This document shows positions 48,853 through 57,415 of a DNA stretch of 64,000 nucleotides, piece by piece (within the stretch, counting starts at the first letter, position 1; each line of letters opens with the position of its first letter). The notes below the pieces were generated by a model. The model saw nothing but the letters and a program-made list of their open reading frames with translations, searched no databases and was not told the origin of the DNA. This DNA comes from Candidatus Gygaella obscura (GTDB taxonomy: Bacteria; Omnitrophota; Gorgyraeia; Gygaellales; Gygaellaceae), in NCBI GenBank assembly GCA_030765485.1, contig JAVCCR010000014.1:14332-78331 (forward strand), in the 5' to 3' direction. The position numbers and the translations under genes are program-made.

Positions 48853-49776
48853 ATGATAGATACTTCTATAATTATTTTGACTAAAAACGCTCAGAAAACT
48901 ATTTTTCGATTGTTACAGTCAATTTTCAATCAGGATATTGATGCGTCTTTTGAAGTTATCTGTTTGGACAGTGAATCAACAGATACTACATTGGAGATTA
49001 TAGATAAGTTTCCCGTAAGGTTAGTGAGTGTTAGCCGTAATGAATTTAACCATGGGCTTACACGTAATCTGGGAATGATGAATTCAAAAGGTGAAAATGT
49101 GTTTTTCTTAACTCAAGATGCTATCCCTATAGGAAAAGATTGGATGAGATATATTTTAAATATGGTTAATTCTGATAGTTCTATTGCGGGAGTTTATTGT
49201 GATCAGGTATTAAACGATAATGTATCCTTTTTTGAGTGTTGGCAACTTAGTAACTATCTGCCTGAAAACAGCCGGATTAGTTTTATAGACGATAAAGATT
49301 ATTATAATACTATTTCACCAAAGGAAAGATTAGAATTCTGCCGGTTTGATAATGTTTGTTCGTGCATTAGAAGATCAGTTTGGACGAAAGTGCCTTTTAG
49401 AAAAATGAGTTTTGGCGAAGATTTAGATTGGGGCAAGAGAATTATTGAGACAGGCCTTAAGATTGCTTTTTGTAAAGAAGCAAAGGTTTTGCATTTACAC
49501 AGTTATTCTTTAATTGGGATACTTACTAGGTCTTTTTATACTTACAGATTATATAATTCGCTTTTTGGCTTTAAGCCATTTTATTCCTTAAAAGATTTAT
49601 TTATTAATATGGTTATTTTTCCAATTAAGGCTGTAAGGCGCTATTTAAACACAAATAAAAAACTTTTTTTGAAGATAATAAATATACCTTTTATAGGCCT
49701 TTTTTCATTAATATTAGTTTTTGGACAATATTTAGGTTCGATTAAAAATGATGAAGATATTATTCATAGTACATAA
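48853..49776 (+). CDS. Family-2 glycosyltransferase
   Basis: 'TSIIILTKNAQKTIFRLLQSIFNQ', 'LDSESTDTT', 'TQDAIP'. Confidence 0.75.
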   Translation: MIDTSIIILTKNAQKTIFRLLQSIFNQDIDASFEVICLDSESTDTTLEIIDKFPVRLVSVSRNEFNHGLTRNLGMMNSKGENVFFLTQDAIPIGKDWMRYILNMVNSDSSIAGVYCDQVLNDNVSFFECWQLSNYLPENSRISFIDDKDYYNTISPKERLEFCRFDNVCSCIRRSVWTKVPFRKMSFGEDLDWGKRIIETGLKIAFCKEAKVLHLHSYSLIGILTRSFYTYRLYNSLFGFKPFYSLKDLFINMVIFPIKAVRRYLNTNKKLFLKIINIPFIGLFSLILVFGQYLGSIKNDEDIIHST

Positions 49777-51079
49777 TTTTTTGCCTTATTCATTTGCAGG
49801 AACAGAAGTGTATGCCTATAACCTTGCTAAAGAGTTGGCGAAAAAACATGAAGTTTTTATCTTTCATAGGGTAAATGATTCTTCAATAGCCGAATATGAA
49901 CTCAGCAAAGATTATTTTGATGGGTTGACTGTTTTTAAGATGAACAATACCTGCAGGAGTTATAATTCGTTTGAGGATCTTTATTTTAATAAGAACATAG
50001 AGAAGGTATTTTTAAATGTTTTTGAACAGGTTAGGCCTGATATTGTGCATATACAGCATTTACTTTTTTTATCAGTTGGAATAATTAACTTAATTAAAAA
50101 AAGCAATATTCCAATTGCGCTGACAGTTAACGATTATTGGTTGCTGTGTCCTCAGGGGCAATTATTAAAGAAAGATTTAACTAATTGCAGCAACGTAAAT
50201 AATTTGGAATGTATTAGTTGTATAAACGGATTGATAAACATAAAAGAAGGTGTTCTTAGGCGTTATTATTTTTTACGAAAAGTTTTGCCATCTTTTTTAC
50301 TAAAATTAATGCGTAAAGTTTATCTTTTTCTTCAAGGACAAGATTTACCGGCTGCATTAGATAAGGTATCTAAGAGACAGGAATTTATAAAAAATGCACT
50401 ATCTAATGTTGATTGTTTTATATTTCCGTCAAAGTATGTTTTAGATAAGTTCAATAAACATAAAATAGAAGGAACGAGATGCTTGCTATCAAATTACGGT
50501 ATTAATAAAAAAGGCTTAAAAGGATTAGTTAAAAAAGTTTCTAGTGTTCTCAGGTTTGGTTTTATTGGTTCTATCCATCCGGCAAAGGGATTGCATGTGT
50601 TGCTAGAAGCTTTTAAGAATATAACGGATGATGAGATAGAGCTAAAAATATACGGTAAGGATATAAGTTATTCTGGATTTGAAGATTATTCTAAACGTTT
50701 AAAGTTAAGGTTTAAAAAAGATAATATTCATTTTTTGGGTAGTTTTGACAATAGGCAGATTGTAGATATTTTATCCGAAATTGATATATTAGTTTTTCCT
50801 TCGATTTGGCAGGAAAATTATCCACTGACTATACTGGAAGCTCTGTCTGTTAACATTCCGGTAATTGCTTCAAGAATTGGAGGTATACCCGAAGTCATAA
50901 GAGATGGCGATAACGGTATTTTATTTACGCCGAATGATCATAATGATCTATTAAGGTGCCTGAAGATGTTTATAAATGATAGAGCGCTTATAAAAAGGTT
51001 TGCAAATAGTTCATCTAGTGTAAAAGCTATTGAAGAGGATGCTGTTGAGCTGGAAGAAGTTTATAGTTCGTTAAATTAA
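49748..51079 (+). CDS. Family-4 (GT-B) glycosyltransferase
   Basis: 'MKILFIVHNFLPYSFAGTEVYAYNLAKEL' and C-terminal 'ENYPLTILEALSVNIPVIASRIGGIPEVI' (EX7E-like). Confidence 0.8.
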   Translation: MMKILFIVHNFLPYSFAGTEVYAYNLAKELAKKHEVFIFHRVNDSSIAEYELSKDYFDGLTVFKMNNTCRSYNSFEDLYFNKNIEKVFLNVFEQVRPDIVHIQHLLFLSVGIINLIKKSNIPIALTVNDYWLLCPQGQLLKKDLTNCSNVNNLECISCINGLINIKEGVLRRYYFLRKVLPSFLLKLMRKVYLFLQGQDLPAALDKVSKRQEFIKNALSNVDCFIFPSKYVLDKFNKHKIEGTRCLLSNYGINKKGLKGLVKKVSSVLRFGFIGSIHPAKGLHVLLEAFKNITDDEIELKIYGKDISYSGFEDYSKRLKLRFKKDNIHFLGSFDNRQIVDILSEIDILVFPSIWQENYPLTILEALSVNIPVIASRIGGIPEVIRDGDNGILFTPNDHNDLLRCLKMFINDRALIKRFANSSSSVKAIEEDAVELEEVYSSLN

Positions 51080-51093
51080 CCTGAGGTTATTTC

Positions 51094-53028
51094 TTGATAA
51101 AGAAAATTATAATTAGATTTGGTTTAATTCTTCTCGGTATTTTCTTAAGCTTAGTTTTAGTTGAGGGAGCGCTCAGACTCTCAGGATTCATTTATCAATT
51201 TAATCAACAACGGCATAACCGTATTAAATATGAGCTTGATAGCGACTATAAGATTATCTGTATAGGAGAATCAACCACGGCATTAGGCGGTAGTATTCAT
51301 TCATATCCAGCTCAGTTAGAGCAGGTTCTTAATGATAAACAGAATAAATTAAAATTTACGGTTATTAATAAAGGAATTTGCGGGACTAATAGCTCTTATT
51401 TGGTTGCTTCAGTTGGAGAAATTATAGATGAGTATAAACCGGATATGGTTATTTCTATGATGGGAATTAATGATATCTGTGATCCGATTACTAGAGAAAA
51501 TGTCTCATTATCTTTAAAAAACGGTTTTTTAAATAATATGAGGATTTACAAATTAATAAAACTAATTTTTGCTAGAATTAAAGATTCTTATAAAAAGGAT
51601 AAATTTATTGATTTAGAATTATCTTCGTTCAGTGAAGATGTTAACTATATGTTAACGCAAGAAAAAAAATCTAGTTTTACAGATAAAGATAACGATATTC
51701 CTAATGAAGAAGAATCTTATTATCTTGATTTGGGTTTTGAATATTATGAATCGGACGATTTTATTAATTCAATTAAGATGTTTCAGAAGGCCAGCAATAT
51801 TAGTCCAGAGAATGATAAGATATATGTATACTTAGCAGAAGCATATAGGGAGATTTTAGATTTCGAAAATGTTTTTAAGGTTTTAGGTAAAGCTTTAAGC
51901 CTTAATCCATATAACGATGATGCGTATATAGAGTTAGGATGGTCTATCGCTCAGTTAGGAAACATTCAAAAGTCTTTTGAAATGTTTAAAAAAGCCTTTC
52001 AGATTAATCCTGAAAATGACGAAGCTTGTATTATGCTTGGGTATTATTGTTTAAAGAAAAATGATAAAGAGAATGCCGATATTTTTTTTAAGAAAGCTAA
52101 AGAATTAACCTTTGGTACTGATGAGGCGTATGTAAAAATCGCTGATATGTATATAGAGTTAGGTGATTACGATAATGCAGTTGTTATGTTAGAAAAGGCT
52201 TTATCGATCAATTCGAATAATCCAAATAGTTATATTGAGTTGGGTAAGATATTTTTAAATGGAGATTACAAAAAGGCTGCTTCTTTGTTTAAGCAAGCTA
52301 TTCAGATTGACCCTAAAAATGATGAAGCCTTTCAGGGTCTTGGTTGGACTTATAGAAAATTAGGCAAGTTGAATATGGCTGAAAATTGTTTTTTGAAAGC
52401 CATAGTACATAATCCTTATTCTGCGCATAGTTACTATTCTCTAGCTACAATATATGTTTTACTTGATGAAATTAGTTTAGCGGAGGAAATGTATCTAAAA
52501 TCGATAAATCTTTCAACTTCCGAGCCTTATTTTATTGTTGAATTGGCTGAGTTTTATTTATCAAAGGAAGAATATTCTAAAGCAGAGAAGTTGCTTAAGG
52601 ATATGATTAATTCCGGAAAATCAAATGGGAAGATAAAGTCTCTTTATGAGTTTGCTAAAAATGGTTCCCTAAGTGATGTTGAGTCGTTACCGATAAGTTT
52701 TAATACAGAGGTTAATTCTGATTTTCCCGATATTACCGAGTATAATTACAATAAGCTTTATGAATTATTAAAGAAAAAGAATATTAAGTTGGTGGTTGTT
52801 CAATATCCAATGAGGAATATATGGCCTTTAAAGATGATGTTTGAAGATAAAGAAGTTCTATTTGTTGATAATGAAAAGCCTTTTAAAGATGTTGTTAAAA
52901 AAGATGGCTATTGGCAATATTTTAATGATATATTTGGTGGTAATTTTGGTCATTGTACAGAAAAAGGCAACCGGTTATTGGCAGAGAATATCGCTGATGT
53001 AGTGATTAGATATTTTAATAGAGAGTAG
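51094..53028 (+). CDS. Membrane-anchored SGNH-hydrolase-like protein with inserted TPR-repeat block
   Basis: N-terminal TM segment, 'IICIGESTTALGG', 'ICGTNSSY', 'MMGINDI'. ~8 TPR units (aa ~230-520). C-terminal 'GGNFGHCTEKGNRLLAENI'. TTG start with GAGG RBS. Confidence 0.55.
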   Translation: MIKKIIIRFGLILLGIFLSLVLVEGALRLSGFIYQFNQQRHNRIKYELDSDYKIICIGESTTALGGSIHSYPAQLEQVLNDKQNKLKFTVINKGICGTNSSYLVASVGEIIDEYKPDMVISMMGINDICDPITRENVSLSLKNGFLNNMRIYKLIKLIFARIKDSYKKDKFIDLELSSFSEDVNYMLTQEKKSSFTDKDNDIPNEEESYYLDLGFEYYESDDFINSIKMFQKASNISPENDKIYVYLAEAYREILDFENVFKVLGKALSLNPYNDDAYIELGWSIAQLGNIQKSFEMFKKAFQINPENDEACIMLGYYCLKKNDKENADIFFKKAKELTFGTDEAYVKIADMYIELGDYDNAVVMLEKALSINSNNPNSYIELGKIFLNGDYKKAASLFKQAIQIDPKNDEAFQGLGWTYRKLGKLNMAENCFLKAIVHNPYSAHSYYSLATIYVLLDEISLAEEMYLKSINLSTSEPYFIVELAEFYLSKEEYSKAEKLLKDMINSGKSNGKIKSLYEFAKNGSLSDVESLPISFNTEVNSDFPDITEYNYNKLYELLKKKNIKLVVVQYPMRNIWPLKMMFEDKEVLFVDNEKPFKDVVKKDGYWQYFNDIFGGNFGHCTEKGNRLLAENIADVVIRYFNRE

Positions 53029-53053
53029 TTTGCTCATAGAGAAAGGAGATTTA

Positions 53054-54313
53054 ATGGAAAGAACACTTAAGAAAGTAAATAATCTTGGTTTTATATTGCT
53101 TTCTATTATGTTTATTTGGATTTCTTTATTTGCGCCGCTTTTTTTCGAATCAATCATGTTGTATTTTTTAGTAATTATAGCTACAGTACTATTCATTTTA
53201 ATGTATATAAAAAATAATCTTAAAATAATATTTTCTTTTGAAGATTTGTTTTTTCTTTTATTTTTTGTATTTTTATCTATGGGTATTGCAACAGCAATTG
53301 ATAAAACAATAGCCTTACGTTATTTTATGTTATTTGCGTTGCCGGTTCCGTTTATATATCTATTTGCTAAGATATCTTTCGATAAGAGCTACGGAATATT
53401 TTTATTCAGGATTATAAGTTGTTTGGGCTTTTTGGTAGTTGTTTATGGATTAATTGAGTTCTTTTTTAAAGTAAATCCTGTTTTTGAGTTAAATGATTCT
53501 TTGTACAGTTTTTATTATGGAATTTTTTCCGGTAAAAGAATGCTTTCTTTGCATATGCATCCTACTCCTTTAGCAACTTATCTAGTAGCCATCTTGCCTG
53601 TTTCTTTTGGTTTATTGATAAAAGAGAGTAAGCGTATTTATAAGGTTTTAGCAGGCATAAATTGTTTATTTATATTGTGTGCTATCGTACTGACTTTTTC
53701 AAGAGGAGGGTTATTGGGTTGTTTGGTTTCTCTTGTTTTGGTCATAGTTGCATTACGTAAAAGTATAAATAAAAAATTCCTATCAATATTAATTATATGT
53801 ATCGTTATGATTATTGTTACAGTCCTCGTAATGGATAGTTTAAATTTGTCCACAATAAATAGATTTTCAGTTGAAAGTTTAATTCATCCTCATTCCTACA
53901 TGGCTAAAATAAACCGTACTATAAAGGGTTTTAATATGTTTAAAGCGCATCCTTTTTTAGGAATAGGATTAGGTCAGTACAGGGTTCTGTTTGATAAATT
54001 TTGTCCATTCATAAGCACAAATTACGATGGTAAAGTAGCTGATCTTATGTTTGTTACTATATTGACAGAATTGGGGATATTTGGCTTTTTAAGTTTTATT
54101 GCTTTTTTGATTATAATTTATAATAAGTCGATAAAATCTCTTAAAGGCAAAATGAGCGCAAACCAAAAATTCATGATTGCAGTATTATTGGCTGGGCTTT
54201 CAGGAATTATCGTTACTTTCCTGACTTATGATGTGCTTTATTGGTTTACGCCTGCTGCATTATTTTGGATTTATTGTGCGTTTTTATCCGTGCTATCCAA
54301 AAGGTCAAAATAA
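53054..54313 (+). CDS. Second O-antigen-ligase/polymerase-family (Wzy_C-like) membrane protein
   Basis: ≥10 TM segments and a loop with 'NRTIKGFNMFKAHPFLGIGLGQY'. Perfect RBS 'gaaaggagatttaATG'. The ORF-track TTG at 53030 is rejected. Confidence 0.6.
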   Translation: MERTLKKVNNLGFILLSIMFIWISLFAPLFFESIMLYFLVIIATVLFILMYIKNNLKIIFSFEDLFFLLFFVFLSMGIATAIDKTIALRYFMLFALPVPFIYLFAKISFDKSYGIFLFRIISCLGFLVVVYGLIEFFFKVNPVFELNDSLYSFYYGIFSGKRMLSLHMHPTPLATYLVAILPVSFGLLIKESKRIYKVLAGINCLFILCAIVLTFSRGGLLGCLVSLVLVIVALRKSINKKFLSILIICIVMIIVTVLVMDSLNLSTINRFSVESLIHPHSYMAKINRTIKGFNMFKAHPFLGIGLGQYRVLFDKFCPFISTNYDGKVADLMFVTILTELGIFGFLSFIAFLIIIYNKSIKSLKGKMSANQKFMIAVLLAGLSGIIVTFLTYDVLYWFTPAALFWIYCAFLSVLSKRSK

Positions 54314-54322
54314 AAAAACATT

Positions 54323-55042
54323 ATGCTTGGAATTAATATCGCAGTGTTAACTAAACAGCAAATTGTTCAAAAGCTTATTGAATTCTCCAGGCCGCCAATG
54401 GTGAATACGGTTTTTTATTTAAACGCTCATTGTATTAATCTTGCTTCTGTAGATGCAGATTATCGTAAGATATTAATTAATAGCGATATTGTTTACTCAG
54501 GGGGATTTGGTGTAGTGTGGGCATCAAGTTTTTTGGGTAAATCACTGCCAGAGAGAGTCAACATTTTGGATTTTTTTGACGAGTTAACTAGTCATTTGAT
54601 TGAGAATAAGACTAAGGTTTATTTGCTTGGTGATGAAGATATTGTTATTAAAGCCTGCGAACTTGAATTAAAGGGAAAAGGAATAAATATAGTTGGTTGT
54701 CATAGTGGTTTTTTTGGCGATGGCGAAGAAAAATCCATTATTGAGAACATTAATCGGTTATCTCCTGATATTTTAATGGTTGGTATGGGCGTTCCAAGAC
54801 AAGAAAAATGGATTAGTAGAAATAAATCCAAAATTAAGGCGAATTTAATATGGGGTGTTGGTGGTGCATTCTGTTGGCTTTCTGGAAAACGTAAGAGAGC
54901 CCCACGCTGGATGATAAATAGTGGTTTTGAGTGGTTCTATAGGTTAATGCAGGAGCCAAAAAGGCTACGGAGCCGTTATGTATTCGGCAATATTGTGTTT
55001 CTTTCCAGAGTTTTATTCTGGAAAATAAGAAGAATTGATTAA
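54323..55042 (+). CDS. WecB/TagA/CpsF-family (GT26) glycosyltransferase
   Basis: 'GINIAVLTKQQIVQKL', 'FYLNAHCINLA', 'MVGMGVPRQEKWI'. Confidence 0.8.
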   Translation: MLGINIAVLTKQQIVQKLIEFSRPPMVNTVFYLNAHCINLASVDADYRKILINSDIVYSGGFGVVWASSFLGKSLPERVNILDFFDELTSHLIENKTKVYLLGDEDIVIKACELELKGKGINIVGCHSGFFGDGEEKSIIENINRLSPDILMVGMGVPRQEKWISRNKSKIKANLIWGVGGAFCWLSGKRKRAPRWMINSGFEWFYRLMQEPKRLRSRYVFGNIVFLSRVLFWKIRRID

Positions 55043-55043
55043 A

Positions 55044-56030
55044 ATGAATAGGAAGTTTAAGATAATTTTATTTTTATTCTTAATGATTGATTTAGCGATA
55101 ATTTTTTTATTATTTAACTCGCGGAGCTTTTCGCATTTAGCAATATGGAATATTGAGGAATCATTGTCACAAAAAGATTTTAATTGGTTCAAGGAAACGC
55201 CTGCTCCAAAATCTTATGTTATTCCGGATAAAGAAAAGCTTAGCTATTTCAACCAAGAGGCTAATAAAATTAACCTTAAGAATAAAAATGAACTAGAAGC
55301 CGTATTGTTTTTATCAGGAAGGTTAATAGGTGCGCTAAATGTTAATTATCAAACAAAAAAATATGTTACATGGGATCATCCTCAATCAATGGATAGATAT
55401 ATACAGGATGGCCACGGTGCAAATTGCATATATCGCTCTATTGTTTTATCAAGTTATCTTTCAAGTATGGGTATTTATTCTAGGTTGTGGAGTTTGGAGA
55501 ATATATTTTTTGAAGATATTCCGCATACGGTAATTGAAGTTTATGCAAAACATTTAGAAAAATGGGTTTTTCTTGATGTTATGCATGATTTTATGGTTTT
55601 GAAAGATGGAATTCCATTGTCATTGCTTGAATTTAGATCCCTAGTTTTAAGTGAAAGTGACGCTGATATAAAAATAATACGTATTTCTACACGCAAAGAG
55701 ATGGATAAGGATTTTCTGGATGGGTATAGGCACTTGTTAAATACCGTTTTTTTGAGGCTTGACAATGATTTTATCAAGGGATTTGAGAAAAGATACGGAA
55801 TATTGAATATATTTTCATTATCTATCGATCGTTTAAGCGATAAATTTAGAAGAGGTATTGATTATATTTTTGGCTCAAAGGAATATTTTATTCATTTTGT
55901 AGATAGATATAGTCCCAGTCTAAGTTCCGGTATTCTTTTTTCAAAAAGTGTTTATTTATTTTTCGTGTTTAGTTTTCTTTTATTTTTCATTATTTGTTTT
56001 GTATATTTAATGAAAAGAAGAAAAAGATAA
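55044..56030 (+). CDS. Hypothetical membrane-anchored protein (possible transglutaminase-like Cys-His-Asp core)
   Basis: N- and C-terminal TM helices. 'GHGANCIYRSIV' ... 'IPHTVIEVY' ... 'WVFLDV' ordering resembles a transglutaminase-like core. Weak. Confidence 0.35.
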   Translation: MNRKFKIILFLFLMIDLAIIFLLFNSRSFSHLAIWNIEESLSQKDFNWFKETPAPKSYVIPDKEKLSYFNQEANKINLKNKNELEAVLFLSGRLIGALNVNYQTKKYVTWDHPQSMDRYIQDGHGANCIYRSIVLSSYLSSMGIYSRLWSLENIFFEDIPHTVIEVYAKHLEKWVFLDVMHDFMVLKDGIPLSLLEFRSLVLSESDADIKIIRISTRKEMDKDFLDGYRHLLNTVFLRLDNDFIKGFEKRYGILNIFSLSIDRLSDKFRRGIDYIFGSKEYFIHFVDRYSPSLSSGILFSKSVYLFFVFSFLLFFIICFVYLMKRRKR

Positions 56031-56042
56031 TAATATAATTAA

Positions 56043-56960
56043 ATGCAATTAGAAATAAGAAACAAAAATAGATTATTTTACGAAATACGTTTAAAAATTA
56101 AAAAGATAATCTATTCAAACGAATATTTATTAAGAAAGTATTCTTTTCTCAAAAGTATTGTCATTAAATATTTTTCTTGTAACCAATTGAAAGATAATAA
56201 GTTATTTGAAAAGGTGTTTATTGAGACTATCTCATATTGTAATAATGATTGTGAATTTTGTTCTGTTCGCATATCAAGCGTTATAAAGAAAAGTTCCAAT
56301 TTGATGGAAGAGGGTATTTTTTTAAAGATAATTGAGGAATTAGTTAATTTATCTTTTAAAGGAAGCGTTGCTTTTCATTGTAATAATGAGCCATTTTTGG
56401 ATGAAAGACTACCGTATTTTATAAAGCTAGCTAGAAAAATGCTTAAAAAAAACTTCTTTTATTTATATACAAATGGAACATTACTTACGGATGAATTATT
56501 AAAAGATGTTTTTATTGTTGGGATCAATCGTATTATAGTTAATGATTATAATGGTTCGTTTAAATTAATGCAAACAGTTGAAAATTTTGTTAAACATAAT
56601 CGCGAACTAAATGGTGAGATAATATTTTACCATAGAAAAACAAATGAATTTTTAGGCAATAGATCAGGTGCAAGCCCCAATAAGAGGTTAATTTTAGAAA
56701 AACCATTAAAGGCAATATGCATAAGGCCGGCAAAAGAGATTGTTATTTGTTATGATGGTTCGGTTATGTTATGTTGCTGCGATAGTTTATGGAAAAATAA
56801 AATGGGTAATATTAATGAAAGTAGCTTAAAAGATATATGGGTAGGCCATGATTTTGCAAGTAAGCGTAAGGCATTGTTGAGGTTTAACCGAAATATTAGT
56901 TCAATTTGTAAAGTTTGCGATGCGGTGGATTTATCCGTTAAAAAAGGAGTCTTGTTCTAA
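56043..56960 (+). CDS. Radical SAM/SPASM-like protein
   Basis: 'ISYCNNDCEFCSV', C-terminal 'CIRPAKEIVICYDGSVMLCCCDSLW...CKVCDA'. Confidence 0.75.
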   Translation: MQLEIRNKNRLFYEIRLKIKKIIYSNEYLLRKYSFLKSIVIKYFSCNQLKDNKLFEKVFIETISYCNNDCEFCSVRISSVIKKSSNLMEEGIFLKIIEELVNLSFKGSVAFHCNNEPFLDERLPYFIKLARKMLKKNFFYLYTNGTLLTDELLKDVFIVGINRIIVNDYNGSFKLMQTVENFVKHNRELNGEIIFYHRKTNEFLGNRSGASPNKRLILEKPLKAICIRPAKEIVICYDGSVMLCCCDSLWKNKMGNINESSLKDIWVGHDFASKRKALLRFNRNISSICKVCDAVDLSVKKGVLF

Positions 56961-56962
56961 GG

Positions 56963-57415
56963 ATGAATAATAAAAAAGATAATGTTTTATCAGAAACTTT
57001 CTTTTATGAGGCGAATGGTTATAGCATGTGGCCTTTTTTAAAACCGGGTTATAAACTTATAGTAAAAAAAATATCTATTTATGAGATAAAATTAGGAGAT
57101 TTGGTTTTGTATAGATATAAGAATAAACTAATTTGCCATAGAGTTATCAGAAAGAGTTTAAAGAATGATGATGTTGTTCTTTATTTGAGAGCAGATAATT
57201 CCTGCTGTGGTAGTGAATGTATAAGTAGTGTTAATTATGTTGGTAAGGCAGTTGAATTATGTTTGGAAAATAAGGTTATAAGTCTTATTTCATGGCAAAT
57301 GATATTTGTTAATCGTTTGTTAGTAATATTTTCCCCATTTGTTTATTGTGTAATAAAGCCGTTGTGGCAAATTTTGCGAAAGGTAAGGAACTCTTGGCAA
57401 AAAAGAAGAAAATAA
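56963..57415 (+). CDS. S24/S26-family (signal-peptidase/LexA-like) Ser-Lys peptidase-like protein
   Basis: 'NGYSMWPFLKPGYKLIV...GDLVLYR' (Ser nucleophile motif) and 'CHRVIRK' (candidate general-base Lys). 150 aa. Confidence 0.45.
   Translation: MNNKKDNVLSETFFYEANGYSMWPFLKPGYKLIVKKISIYEIKLGDLVLYRYKNKLICHRVIRKSLKNDDVVLYLRADNSCCGSECISSVNYVGKAVELCLENKVISLISWQMIFVNRLLVIFSPFVYCVIKPLWQILRKVRNSWQKRRK

Noticed and set aside
17275-55533. Short + strand ORFs embedded in larger genes (17275-17469, 20478-20663, 34870-35052, 37425-37610, 48608-48853, 55339-55533)
   Set aside because: These are alternative-frame ORFs inside strongly supported genes, with no independent signals.
3635-57394. ORF-track start coordinates at TTG/GTG (3635, 53030, 55035, 57346, 59639, 59953)
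   Set aside because: The track counts non-ATG starts. Nearby in-frame ATGs with better RBS context (3671, 53054, 55044, 59645, 59962) were preferred. 57394 (TTG with RBS) was chosen over 57346, but these starts remain uncertain.
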